From a virus, in the IMG/VR virus record IMGVR_UViG_3300008117_000025, positions 32,001-96,000 of that record: a DNA stretch of 64,000 bases; one strand, given 5' to 3'. Both the position numbers and the translations under genes were made by a program. How positions within the stretch are numbered: position 1 is the first letter of the stretch; each line of letters opens with the position of its first letter. Shown here piece after piece: positions 47,517 through 56,991 of the stretch. The notes beneath the pieces are model-generated. The model did not search any database, was not told the origin of the DNA, and saw only the letters and a program-made list of their open reading frames with translations.

Positions 47517-47527
47517 TTTAATTTATT

Positions 47528-49567
47528 TTAAAAATCCCCAGTTGCTCCACCACCACCAAAAGATCCTCCACCAAATTTTGTTACTTTTTTTAAATCATCT
47601 AATATATAAGGTTTTTTTACATATGTTTTATCAGGTCTATCTCTTAAATCAACACGACCTATAGGATCAAGGTAAGAACCTGTAGAAGGAGTAAGAGATG
47701 AAGTTACTGGTGGAGTTGGGGGTGGAGGAGGAGGAGAGGGTGGTGGTGGCGGAGGAGGAGTTATAGGGTCGGGTTCTTTAAAAATAAATCCACATTCTGT
47801 ATATTGTGGAAGATAATTATGGATTAATGTAAATCCAAAATCAACTTTTAGGTAAAATGCTAATTGCGCATCTAAATCCCAAGATGAATCTTGAATAGGG
47901 GAAAAATTTAGATTAGTTATAATACCAGGTTGATTATTAATATAATTACCTACTTTTAATTTAGTTATGATTCCACCTAATAAAAGATTGTCTTTATATT
48001 TACCTGCTAACGTAGAAGCTAATTCACTTAAATGACAATGTTTTATAAGTAATTCATTGTAATTATAACATGGTATATTAAATGAAATATTAGCGGTGCG
48101 TTTGAATTCATTAAATATATAAAAATTTTCAGCACGACCTATATATTTTGTAGAATTCCATCCACTATTATAGTCTTCAGAATAATTATTTATATATCCT
48201 AAAAACTTTAATACTGTTAAAGCATCGCCAGTAAATGGATCTAAAGGAGTAAATTGTAAAGCTAAAGTATCATCTTTAACAATAGTATCGTTTGTTCTAA
48301 CAAATACATTATATTGTTTTGCTTTTTTATTTACTTTATCAATAGGAGCTGTACTAAAGTAATTTTGATTAATGGTATTACCTTTATTTATTTTTTTTCT
48401 TAATTCAGTATATGTTTTTAAAGCAGGATTGCTATAATTTATAACATTCTGATTGAGACTTTTATTTATATCATTAATATCTTTTGGAATATCTGTAGAT
48501 CCATTTATGTTTGATAGCCCTAAATCAGCGCTCGCTGTTAATCCCCCTTCTGGTTTCCCGCCATCATAAGTGATGGGGTTATTAATTAATGAAGATGGAA
48601 TTGGTAGTTTAAATTTATTAGAAGATAAAGATGAAGAAGTATGATTAGATATTTCTATATCATTGCTTATTATTACTTTATTATCTTTTTTATTTTCTTT
48701 ATATTGTTTAAAAGTATTATCTATAAAAGATCCATTAACTTTTAAATCAGTATCTTTTACTAAATTAAAACTAGAACTAGCTAAATTAGAATTAGTAAGT
48801 AAAGATATACCAAAATCAAAACTACTGCTTATTTTAACTTCAGGAATATGTTTAGCATTATAATTTTTATTTTTGGCTTCATCTATTCTAAGACTATCAT
48901 TAGTGCGCTCAGGAGTTCTTTTAATTAGTGTTCTACCAATACCATAAACTGAATTAGGGCCGCCTATATAATCAGCAATTCTACTATTTTGAATATCATT
49001 GTAGACAGAATTTGCAAATGGGACACCTCCAGCAAAAGTAGCAGCTATTGCTCCTAGAGTTTTTTGTTCTTTTTTTCTTAATTTAATATTACCTTTATTA
49101 AGATCATAATTAGTACCTAAACCAAATCTATTTCTTAATCCAGTTAATCTGTTGTTTTCTTCGTTATTATTATTTTGAACAACAGCTAGGTATTTCGTTT
49201 GTTCATTTTGAACAGGTAATAAACCATGTCTATTAAAATGTTGACCAAAAGCATTGACAGGAATCTGTGCTAGTGTATTAATACCTAAATTGTAAATGCG
49301 GGTAGGTCCAACAGCGTTAACTATTTTATTTGCTGTATTTAAAACAAAATTACCAACATTTCTTAATAACCCACCACCTTTAGTAGGATTATTTGTTGAT
49401 AATTTTTTAGTTTCTAATTGAGGATTAGATAATTGTAAACCAATTTGTTTAACAATAAATAAAGGACCTTTTGGAAAGTCCTTAAGAAATTTCCCTATAC
49501 GGAAAGTATCAACAATTGAAGCATTAGCAGCACCTACAACACCACCTCTAACTAAACCATCCCGTAC
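47528..49567 (-). CDS. 679-codon start-less ORF: tail-tube-initiator-like baseplate protein; N-terminus apparently in another frame (49552..49608)
   Basis: Manual translation shows an uninterrupted frame from 49567 to TAA at 47528 containing no ATG, GTG or TTG. The C-terminal domain FLGYINNYSEDYNSGWNSTKYIGRAENFYIFNEFKRTANISF...GIITNL resembles tube-fold baseplate proteins, followed by a poly-Pro tract. Confidence 0.8.
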   Translation of the reverse strand, partial: VRDGLVRGGVVGAANASIVDTFRIGKFLKDFPKGPLFIVKQIGLQLSNPQLETKKLSTNNPTKGGGLLRNVGNFVLNTANKIVNAVGPTRIYNLGINTLAQIPVNAFGQHFNRHGLLPVQNEQTKYLAVVQNNNNEENNRLTGLRNRFGLGTNYDLNKGNIKLRKKEQKTLGAIAATFAGGVPFANSVYNDIQNSRIADYIGGPNSVYGIGRTLIKRTPERTNDSLRIDEAKNKNYNAKHIPEVKISSSFDFGISLLTNSNLASSSFNLVKDTDLKVNGSFIDNTFKQYKENKKDNKVIISNDIEISNHTSSSLSSNKFKLPIPSSLINNPITYDGGKPEGGLTASADLGLSNINGSTDIPKDINDINKSLNQNVINYSNPALKTYTELRKKINKGNTINQNYFSTAPIDKVNKKAKQYNVFVRTNDTIVKDDTLALQFTPLDPFTGDALTVLKFLGYINNYSEDYNSGWNSTKYIGRAENFYIFNEFKRTANISFNIPCYNYNELLIKHCHLSELASTLAGKYKDNLLLGGIITKLKVGNYINNQPGIITNLNFSPIQDSSWDLDAQLAFYLKVDFGFTLIHNYLPQYTECGFIFKEPDPITPPPPPPPSPPPPPPTPPVTSSLTPSTGSYLDPIGRVDLRDRPDKTYVKKPYILDDLKKVTKFGGGSFGGGGATGDF

Positions 49568-49608
49568 TTAAGTGATTTTAAGTCGGTTTTTAAATCAAGT
49601 AGGGGCAT
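49552..49608 (-). pseudogene. frameshifted 5' fragment (MPLLDLKTDLKSLKYG-MV-stop) of the downstream 679-codon ORF
   Basis: ATG at 49608, 10 nt after the previous stop, with an A-rich leader. It ends at TAG 49552, while the long ORF continues in the -1 frame. Confidence 0.6.
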
Positions 49609-49618
49609 TTATATTATA

Positions 49619-49921
49619 TTAGTAACGTCCTTCAGTTGGTCCTAGGTCCTTATATCTACGGCCTTGCTTAGATTTGTATACTTGTGATACAACTCCGTTT
49701 GGTTTAAGATTTGGAGCTTTAGTATCTAATTCATCCAGAGTAGATGGCTGTGGTTTGTTGGATAAATTGCCTTTAATTAGGCGCCAATCAACATTTGGAT
49801 TACCATCAACTGAATATAATTGATGAAGTGAATCAGGTGGGATTGGGTTTACACCAAATTGTTGTGGTTTGTTACCACCTAATCCTAAAATGCTACTTTT
49901 TAATTTGTCTAATAATCCCAT
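49619..49921 (-). CDS. conserved hypothetical protein in the tail module
   Basis: 100 aa (MGLLDKLKSS..GLGG), preceded by an ATATTTAT motif. Confidence 0.7.
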   Translation of the reverse strand: MGLLDKLKSSILGLGGNKPQQFGVNPIPPDSLHQLYSVDGNPNVDWRLIKGNLSNKPQPSTLDELDTKAPNLKPNGVVSQVYKSKQGRRYKDLGPTEGRY

Positions 49922-49953
49922 GGTTTATCTATTTTATACGAATAAATATTTAA

Positions 49954-52470
49954 TTATGCTACTTTATATGAGCCTTGTACTAGTGTTGAACCTACTTTTT
50001 TACCATCCATGTTGATTGATGTATCTTTACTATACAATCTATCAACAGCTGCTCTTACTTCATTGATTGCTGCTATCATTGGGGTAAGATCTATTGATGG
50101 AGAACCATCCCCACCTAATATTTTATCAGCTTTGGGGGAATTTAGGGGAATTATTGCTTCAGGACCGGCTTCACCAACAGTTGCATTATTAATTTCACCA
50201 GTTACAATACCTCCTTCAGCAAATGCTGTTCCTTTAGCTAATCTTGTTACTAAACCAACACCAGCCAATGTAGCAGCTGTTGCTAAAATAGGACCTACAG
50301 GAAATATACCTCCTAAAGCCTTCCAAGCCCCTTGAGCCACAGAAAGAACAGCATTTATTAATAATTTAGCATTCATTGCTGCTATTAAACCCCCAATGCC
50401 TAATAATATTGGAGATAATGTTTTAAATCCTTCTACTATTAAACCAACAACATAAGAAATCCCTGTAATTACAGGGCTGATAATGTTAGTAAATATAGAA
50501 GCTATATTTGATACTAGATCAAATAATTGACCAAAAGGTCCAGCTACTAGATTACCTACTACATCCTGTATTTTTAATAAAGCCGCACTAAATTTCTCTT
50601 GTATTTGTTGTCTTTCAAGAGCTTGTTTTGCTTCTTCTTCTTGTATTTGAACTAATGATTTACCACTAGCTAGTGCTTCTTCTCTTTTTCTTAATGTTTC
50701 AGCTAATTGATCTGAGGTCATACCTACAGATTCAGCTAAGGCATTTTGTTGTAACCTATTCATTTTAGTAAACTCAGCTGCTGTACCTATATTTTTAGAT
50801 AATTCTTCAGCTAAAGTAACTTGATCACCAGCTAATGCTGCTGCTCTTGCTCTTTCAAGATTTATTTGTTTACCAGTTAATAATTCAGCTTTTAATTCAT
50901 TTTCAATTGATGAACCGAAATCAAGTAATTTATCACCAGCAGCAGCAACTTGTTCTAATGTCATACCAAATGCTTTAGCAGCTACTACTGCTTTAGCAAT
51001 TTGTTCTGGGTTGTTTCCTAGATTTGCTGCTAATTGTCCCGATACTTTGGAAGCTTCAGCTAATGCTGATTTAAAGTTAATTCCGACTTTAAGTTGATTT
51101 CTTGCTGCTGTTAATCCCCTAACAAAAGAAGAATAAGTTTCTTCAGAAGTTTTACCATTCAAAACAGCAAAACGTTGAATTTGAGCAGCTTCATCTGCTT
51201 GTAGACCAACTTGTTTAGTTAATTTAACTTGTGTTTCAAGCTGATCGGCAGAATATTGGGAAACATATCCAGTTGATTGGGCTAATTCTCCAAAAGCCTC
51301 AGTTATTGATTTAGAATTAACATTAATGTTAGGAGTAACCCCTGCTATAAAAGCAAAATTTTCTCTAAGTCTATCAGATCTGTCAGCTCCATATCCTATA
51401 ATTTTACCTAAATTAACAGCCTGTTCATTGGCTTGCAGAGCTTTATCTATAATAAAAGTAAGTATTGTGACTGGGTCTGTTAGTGATTTTTTAAGGCCAA
51501 CCCCCAATCCTTTAACAAATACTCCTAATGATTTAAATTTATTACCTAGATTGTCAGTTGAAGCAACGGCTTCTTGTTTTATTTTATATGATTCTTTTTC
51601 TAATGCTATTAATCGTTCTTGAGCTTGTTCTTGTGTTATAGAATTTCCTGCTTCATCTTTACCTATTTCTGCTAATCTTTTTTTTCTTTCATTTTCTAAA
51701 AGGTCATTTTTTACTTTTTCAGTAGATAAAGCATCTTGAATAAGCTTTTTATTAAAATCTTCAACAGCTTCTGTTGCTTCACCTACATTTAAAAAACTAG
51801 CTAATGAACCTCCATATTGAGAAACAAGTTTACCTGCAGCTTGGGCTAATCCTCCTAGATCTTTTCTAGTATCAGCTATTTGCTTAGTTAAATTTAATTC
51901 TTTTTCTAAAATAGGAATACCCGAAGATATAGCTTCAGTAGCATTAATTAGAAGTTCATTTTCTTTTAGTAGTTCTTGTAGTCTAGCTTTTTGTTTTGGG
52001 GTTCTTTCATCTAATGCATTTAATGCTTCGACTTCTCTTTGACGACTTGCTTCACTAGCTTTTAATCTCTGTACAACAAAATCTAATTCTTTTTTTTCAG
52101 CAGCAAGATTATTTTTTAATTTTTTAAATTTATTATCAGTAAGGTCATTATATCCTTTTTGATAAGAATTTAAATCCTGGGCAATGTTTGTAAATTCTTT
52201 AAATGCTCCTTTGCCTATTTTTAATAAAACATTTTGATTTTTTAATTCAGCTGTTATGTCTTGAAATGTTCTATAAATATAATCAGCATTATCTACAATA
52301 TCTTCATATTGTTTGTTTAATCTATCAACATATTCATTAAGTTTTTTAGTATCATTTCCGGCATTGCGAAATGCTTCTTGAAGGTCAATACCTAAGCCAC
52401 CTGCTTCTCTTAATTTTTTGTTAAGATCTGTTAATTGTTGTTGTAATTCTTGTACTGTAGGTTCTGCCAT
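49954..52470 (-). CDS. tape measure protein
   Basis: 838 aa, helical and A/L/E/K-rich, with hydrophobic segments near the C-terminus and an AFAEGGIVTG...VGEAGPEAIIPL motif. Lies downstream of tube and chaperone genes. Confidence 0.8.
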   Translation of the reverse strand: MAEPTVQELQQQLTDLNKKLREAGGLGIDLQEAFRNAGNDTKKLNEYVDRLNKQYEDIVDNADYIYRTFQDITAELKNQNVLLKIGKGAFKEFTNIAQDLNSYQKGYNDLTDNKFKKLKNNLAAEKKELDFVVQRLKASEASRQREVEALNALDERTPKQKARLQELLKENELLINATEAISSGIPILEKELNLTKQIADTRKDLGGLAQAAGKLVSQYGGSLASFLNVGEATEAVEDFNKKLIQDALSTEKVKNDLLENERKKRLAEIGKDEAGNSITQEQAQERLIALEKESYKIKQEAVASTDNLGNKFKSLGVFVKGLGVGLKKSLTDPVTILTFIIDKALQANEQAVNLGKIIGYGADRSDRLRENFAFIAGVTPNINVNSKSITEAFGELAQSTGYVSQYSADQLETQVKLTKQVGLQADEAAQIQRFAVLNGKTSEETYSSFVRGLTAARNQLKVGINFKSALAEASKVSGQLAANLGNNPEQIAKAVVAAKAFGMTLEQVAAAGDKLLDFGSSIENELKAELLTGKQINLERARAAALAGDQVTLAEELSKNIGTAAEFTKMNRLQQNALAESVGMTSDQLAETLRKREEALASGKSLVQIQEEEAKQALERQQIQEKFSAALLKIQDVVGNLVAGPFGQLFDLVSNIASIFTNIISPVITGISYVVGLIVEGFKTLSPILLGIGGLIAAMNAKLLINAVLSVAQGAWKALGGIFPVGPILATAATLAGVGLVTRLAKGTAFAEGGIVTGEINNATVGEAGPEAIIPLNSPKADKILGGDGSPSIDLTPMIAAINEVRAAVDRLYSKDTSINMDGKKVGSTLVQGSYKVA

Positions 52471-52498
52471 GATATAATGTTACATCATATAAATATTT

Positions 52499-52523
52499 AA
52501 AGCGCCTATTTTTTAGGCGCTTT
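52499..52523 (-). terminator. hairpin at the end of the gp51-like ORF
   Basis: AAAGCGCCTA-AAAAA-TAGGCGCTTT, overlapping the TAG. The U-tract is short. Confidence 0.55.
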
Positions 52524-52788
52524 AGCTACGTATGTTGGTGATTTAGATGGGGATATATTAGGACGAGATATATCTTTTCCTGATTTATTTTTCAACATAT
52601 TTTGTTGCTTTTCTGTTTCTTCTTTTTGTTTTTCGTAATATTCTCTTAATTTTTCAAATGTAAATTTACGCAACCAAAGAGGCATATTATAAACAGTATC
52701 CCAATCATATCCACCATTACTATGAAATACTATTTCATGTATTTGGGAAAATAGTATAGGTCTATATTCCAGAATCAGGCCAAAAAAA
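52506..52788 (-). CDS. gp51-like / tail-assembly-chaperone extension with no canonical start, probably reached by +1 frameshift
   Basis: The +1 frame reads GLILEYRPILFSQIHEIVFHSNGGYDWDTVYNMPLWLRKFTFEKLREYYEKQKEE...KAPKK*. The first ATG is internal (MPLW), and an in-frame TAG lies just upstream of the T7 run. Confidence 0.75.
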
Positions 52789-53505
52789 GTTAACAGATAT
52801 TGGAATATCTATGCCCTCCCCTACATAATCTACATCTTCTGGTATATATTTTAAATTAATGTCTGGGGATACTTTTGCATAGTATTGGCGTAGTGCTCTT
52901 GAATCTTTAGCGATTAAGTAATTATCAACAAAATCACGAATATCTTTAGCATCACGCTTACCTTCAACAGATGTAACCATATATTTTAAACGAGTTGTAA
53001 CATCAGTAGTTACATTTGGGTTAATTTTTTGCAACCCCTTAATTTCAGCTTCAATTTTTTGTTCATCACCATGTGTTAATAACTTAAAAGTAATATTGTT
53101 ACCAGAATGAGGTAGAGTGAAGGGAAATTCATTTATTCCGCGCTTATATAAAGATTCATCAATTATTTTATCTTCTAGCTTGGATAGATCAATAGTAATT
53201 TCTTTACCACCATAATTAATATTATAGTCTTTACCATAACCTAAAACACGAGCAGCAACTAATATTGCGTTTTTATCACCAATTAACAATTCGTTATAAT
53301 CAATTGGTGTAACAATTAATGATTGAAGTAATTTATCAATAACAATACCACTTTTAATGTAGTTTACATTGGTAAGGATATCTTCTTCCTTAGCTGTCAT
53401 ATACTTCATTTCAATTTCGCCTTTAGCAAGCGGTGAGGTCTCGGGGTACAATAAACCTTTTGAGGGTAATGTAACTGTTTCTGTTGGGATTTTTAATTCG
53501 GCCAT
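52762..53505 (-). CDS. tail/baseplate assembly chaperone (T4 gp26-like)
   Basis: PTETVTLPSKG...KYMTAKEEDIL...GDKNAILVAARVLGYG, ending INFFWPDSGI-like. Sits between tube and tape measure. Confidence 0.7.
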   Translation of the reverse strand: MAELKIPTETVTLPSKGLLYPETSPLAKGEIEMKYMTAKEEDILTNVNYIKSGIVIDKLLQSLIVTPIDYNELLIGDKNAILVAARVLGYGKDYNINYGGKEITIDLSKLEDKIIDESLYKRGINEFPFTLPHSGNNITFKLLTHGDEQKIEAEIKGLQKINPNVTTDVTTRLKYMVTSVEGKRDAKDIRDFVDNYLIAKDSRALRQYYAKVSPDINLKYIPEDVDYVGEGIDIPISVNFFWPDSGI

Positions 53506-53541
53506 AAACTATTTTATTTGTGTATATATAAATATATGCAG

Positions 53542-53569
53542 AAAAAAGGTGTCTGCGAAAGCAGACACC
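53542..53569 (-). terminator. intrinsic terminator after the tail tube gene
   Basis: Minus strand reads GGTGTCTGC-TTTC-GCAGACACC-TTTTTT. Confidence 0.9.
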
Positions 53570-53594
53570 AAAAGAAAAAAATATGAAGGATCTT

Positions 53595-54083
53595 TTAGAA
53601 GTTGAGTACACAGTAATCCATAGCGATTGTTAAGGATAAAGTAATTGCAGCATCACCCTGGCTCCAGTCATATTCTCCGAAAGTAGCTGTTTTGCAATAA
53701 GCACCTTTGATAATCCACTCACCTACTACATCACCTACTGGGCCTAGAATGTCTAGTGTTAAATCTTTCTTATAAAAGTCGGAATATCCATCACGGCCTG
53801 TTACTGATTCGTGTGCTAAACGAGCCCACTCCATTACTGCTTGTGCGCCTGATGGGGTTACGGGATCGTATAATTCTAAAGTCATATCATTCCATTCAAC
53901 TTTACCTTTTACTTTACGGTAAACGTTGATGTGATCGAGTTTAATCATATTGGCTTCAAATCCAGGAGCTGATGCCTTTTTAATTAAATATGATGGAATA
54001 CCATCAATGTACATTATGAACCTATTGGGAACTTTTGGTTCAAAAGCGGTGAACATTATTTCGTTAGCGTCTAATACTGCCAT
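53595..54083 (-). CDS. tail tube protein (gp19-like)
   Basis: FEPKVPNRF, KVKGKVEWNDMTLELYD, VMEW, YKKDLTLDILGPVG..VGEWIIKGAY. Follows the sheath gene. Confidence 0.92.
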   Translation of the reverse strand: MAVLDANEIMFTAFEPKVPNRFIMYIDGIPSYLIKKASAPGFEANMIKLDHINVYRKVKGKVEWNDMTLELYDPVTPSGAQAVMEWARLAHESVTGRDGYSDFYKKDLTLDILGPVGDVVGEWIIKGAYCKTATFGEYDWSQGDAAITLSLTIAMDYCVLNF

Positions 54084-54123
54084 TTTATTTTAATTTTTTA
54101 TTGCTATCAATAAATATTAGCAA

Positions 54124-54150
54124 CTACATCCCCTTATGCAGGGAATGTAG
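54124..54150 (-). other. 11-bp hairpin over the sheath stop codon
   Basis: Minus strand reads CTACATTCCCT-GCATA-AGGGGATGTAG, with one G-U pair and no strong U-tract. Confidence 0.5.
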
Positions 54151-55843
54151 CGCCGGTTGGTTGTACGTTAAAGTTCAAGATAATGAATTCAGCAGTCTTA
54201 GTTGGTTGGATGTAGATCTGGCCTACTAATTGGTTGCGATCAATTACATCAGGTGTATTATTGGAATCATCCATTACTACCTTGTAAGCATATAAACCTT
54301 GACGTTGTACTACTGATTCAAGGTATGGATTAACTTGAGATAAAAAGCGATTGCGAGTAACGTTAGTGTTTTGTTCAAATACTAAATTATTACCTACTTG
54401 ACCAATATAGTCTTTTAATGCAATCAACAAACGACGAACGTTTACACGGTCAAGAGCTGTTTGTTTTTTCTGCAATGTTTTCTGACCAAATACTACAACC
54501 CCTTCTCCAGGGAATGTAGCTAATGGGTTAACATTTGCTTCATATAATGTATCGCGATCGCTTTGAGATAATTTTCTTTCAGCACGTAATACTGAAGGAA
54601 CACCACCACGATTTAAACCGGCAGGTGCAAACCATTCAGCACCAACTTGGTCGTTGAATGCAAATACACCACCCATTACTGTTGGAGCGGGAGCCCATAC
54701 TGCTTTACCTAAACCTGAGCTGAATAATTGAACCCAGGGATAGTAAGTAGCTGCGTAGTTGCTTGGTTGGCCAGCAGCAGCATTAGCAGCAGCTGAAATT
54801 GAAGTACCATAAACACCGGTTCCTACAATTGCAATTGCATCACCACGTCCTTCAGCTGTTGAGATTAATTGTGAAGCAGCGCTACAATCTAAACCAACAC
54901 CAGGAGCAAGCAATACATTAAATTGGTATTCATCCTTATTAGTTAAAATACCAAAAGCAGTAACATAATCAGCCGGAGCAAATCCTTGAATATTAGTTGT
55001 AGTAATATTTTCGTTCATAAGTTGAACAGTAGCTGTTGCTGCAACAGCACCCCCAAATGAACCACTTCCTAGAGCTGGTAGGCTACCACTGTATTGGGTT
55101 GCTTTAAAATTACCGTTATTGTCAATAGAATCTACTTGTGGTTTAGATATAGATTTAACACGAATGTATTGAGAAGCATTTGCGTAAGAACCAACGTAAT
55201 TGATGATATTGTTTGTAGCATCATATACTGGTTTTGAATCGCCTATTACACGAGAAATGTAGTTAGGTAACATTGGATCTAATGATAAGTTAGCCCAAGT
55301 TTCTAGATAATTCCTTTGAGCATTATTATCATTACCAGCACGAACTGCTAAAGTAAAGGTACCGCTTCCAGTATTTACATTTGTAACTTCCCAACGAACA
55401 TTCATTGCACTACCACTAGGTAAGGCACCACCAACTTCAGTACCACCAGCACTGTTCATTTGATTGCCCCAAGCTAATGTTTCAAGTACAAATGAATTAT
55501 CAATAGAATCATCATCAATATCAGCTACTGAAGAACTTGCATAAGTACTAAGATTAGCACTGCCACTAATAATTCTGGTAACTAATAATGTCTGACCGCC
55601 ATTTTGGAAGAAATCCTTAGCGGCTAAAGAAGTTAAATATTCATAGTAGTAACTACCACTTTTGAATGTTTCTCCGAATTTGGATACATATTCACTATAA
55701 GAAGTAACATAGGTAGGAACAAATGGTTGACCCATTACGGTTGGACCAACAACAGCGGTTGCTGCACCTACGATACCTCTTTGAACCAATGATTGATCTG
55801 ATTCATTTTGGAATACGCCAGGAGATAAGATTTTTTCTGCCAT
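54134..55843 (-). CDS. contractile tail sheath protein (gp18-like)
   Basis: MAEKILSPGVF, VGPTVMG, WFAPAGLNRG, YEANVNPLATFPGEG.VVFGQKTL, LDRVNVRRLLI, VGQIYIQPTKTAEFI. Confidence 0.95.
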   Translation of the reverse strand: MAEKILSPGVFQNESDQSLVQRGIVGAATAVVGPTVMGQPFVPTYVTSYSEYVSKFGETFKSGSYYYEYLTSLAAKDFFQNGGQTLLVTRIISGSANLSTYASSSVADIDDDSIDNSFVLETLAWGNQMNSAGGTEVGGALPSGSAMNVRWEVTNVNTGSGTFTLAVRAGNDNNAQRNYLETWANLSLDPMLPNYISRVIGDSKPVYDATNNIINYVGSYANASQYIRVKSISKPQVDSIDNNGNFKATQYSGSLPALGSGSFGGAVAATATVQLMNENITTTNIQGFAPADYVTAFGILTNKDEYQFNVLLAPGVGLDCSAASQLISTAEGRGDAIAIVGTGVYGTSISAAANAAAGQPSNYAATYYPWVQLFSSGLGKAVWAPAPTVMGGVFAFNDQVGAEWFAPAGLNRGGVPSVLRAERKLSQSDRDTLYEANVNPLATFPGEGVVVFGQKTLQKKQTALDRVNVRRLLIALKDYIGQVGNNLVFEQNTNVTRNRFLSQVNPYLESVVQRQGLYAYKVVMDDSNNTPDVIDRNQLVGQIYIQPTKTAEFIILNFNVQPTGATFPA

Positions 55844-55919
55844 TTTGTATAATTGTTTTTGAAAATTTTAATAGGATTGACCTAATAATAAATATCCAAA
55901 AATCACTATAAAACGCAGA

Positions 55920-56189
55920 TTACTGTTGAATAGGCGTGATTTCTCCCGTTTCGGGATTAATAGAACCCGTTCCGTATTTATCCTGAAGGGATTTAATTAG
56001 GTCGTTTTCTTTTTGTTCAATTGTAGCAAGATCACTTAGCAATGTTTTTTTATTGCTTTCAAGTTTTTCGGCTTGCTCTACCAATGCTAAACGCTGCGCT
56101 TCAGCTACACCAATTTCGAATAGTGTTTGGTTGTACTTAGACTGGAGGTCTTTAATTGATTGTAATTCTTCTTGTGTTAGTTGTGTCAT
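55920..56189 (-). CDS. coiled-coil protein ending KYGTGSINPETGEI
   Basis: 89 aa, paralogous to 56413..56667. Confidence 0.7.
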   Translation of the reverse strand: MTQLTQEELQSIKDLQSKYNQTLFEIGVAEAQRLALVEQAEKLESNKKTLLSDLATIEQKENDLIKSLQDKYGTGSINPETGEITPIQQ

Positions 56190-56195
56190 AACGTT

Positions 56196-56453
56196 TTATT
56201 TCTCCCATTTAGCTAATGGGCAAGCTTGAGGACCTGGTTTAGGGGAAAATACTTTTTTACTTAGTGGACAACCACATTGACCACAAATAAATGAATTAAT
56301 TGCAGTAATGTAAGTTTTTTTCTCACATGAATCACAAACAGTAGCACGATATTCGGCCACTGCTTGTTGTTCAGGTGTTGGGTTAGTAGCAGTAACCCAC
56401 GATTTAAATATTTCAGATATTTTGTTCATCGGTATTAAAAGGAATAATTTCAC
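56196..56453 (-). CDS. small Cys-rich protein
   Basis: R..VCDSC...CGQCGCPL..K...CPL.KW pattern. Confidence 0.7.
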   Translation of the reverse strand: MKLFLLIPMNKISEIFKSWVTATNPTPEQQAVAEYRATVCDSCEKKTYITAINSFICGQCGCPLSKKVFSPKPGPQACPLAKWEK

Positions 56454-56667
56454 CTGTATTTAAATCAAGACTACCATCACCATATTTAATAGAAAGTTTA
56501 TTATAATATTCCTGCTCTTGATTAGCAACATTTTTAAAAGAAGCAAGTAATGTTTCTTTTTCAATGCGATTTTTACCTAAAGCAAAAGTAATATTATCTT
56601 TTTGAGCCTTAAATGATTTAATCTGAAGTAATTCTTCTTCAGCAATAAACTTAGATTCGTCACTCAT
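56413..56667 (-). CDS. coiled-coil protein ending KYGDGSLDLNTGEI
   Basis: 84 aa, paralogous to 55920..56189. Confidence 0.65.
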   Translation of the reverse strand: MSDESKFIAEEELLQIKSFKAQKDNITFALGKNRIEKETLLASFKNVANQEQEYYNKLSIKYGDGSLDLNTGEIIPFNTDEQNI

Positions 56668-56969
56668 TATTTGGTCTTTTTAGAAGATTTTTTATTAGAT
56701 GTTTTTGCAGATTGCTTTGCAGGTTGTTGAACTGGTTGTTTTTTAGTTAAAACCTTTTTTTTAGCTTCTTTTAAAGTAGCAAGTTCTTCATCTGATGCAA
56801 TAGGTTCAACTGGTACTAATACTGGTGTTTCAGCTAGAACAACTGTTGGACGATCAGCGCCGTTGTCAGATACAACATCTTGTGGTGGGAATGAAGATTT
56901 CTTTTTGCTGTTTAAAATAACTGCAGCTACAATACCAGCTACAATAAGTACAATGATAAGTAATGTCAT
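56667..56969 (-). CDS. N-terminally membrane-anchored protein with a Lys-rich tail
   Basis: MTLLIIVLIVAGIVAAVILN followed by a low-complexity, K-rich C-terminus. Confidence 0.7.
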   Translation of the reverse strand: MTLLIIVLIVAGIVAAVILNSKKKSSFPPQDVVSDNGADRPTVVLAETPVLVPVEPIASDEELATLKEAKKKVLTKKQPVQQPAKQSAKTSNKKSSKKTK

Positions 56970-56991
56970 AAAATTGTTTTTGTTTCGTATA

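Noticed and set aside
49552-49570. Canonical -1 programmed frameshift to explain the broken baseplate gene
   Set aside because: There is no slippery heptamer or evident stimulatory structure in the short overlap. A deletion or assembly error is more parsimonious, and the case is kept as a finding.
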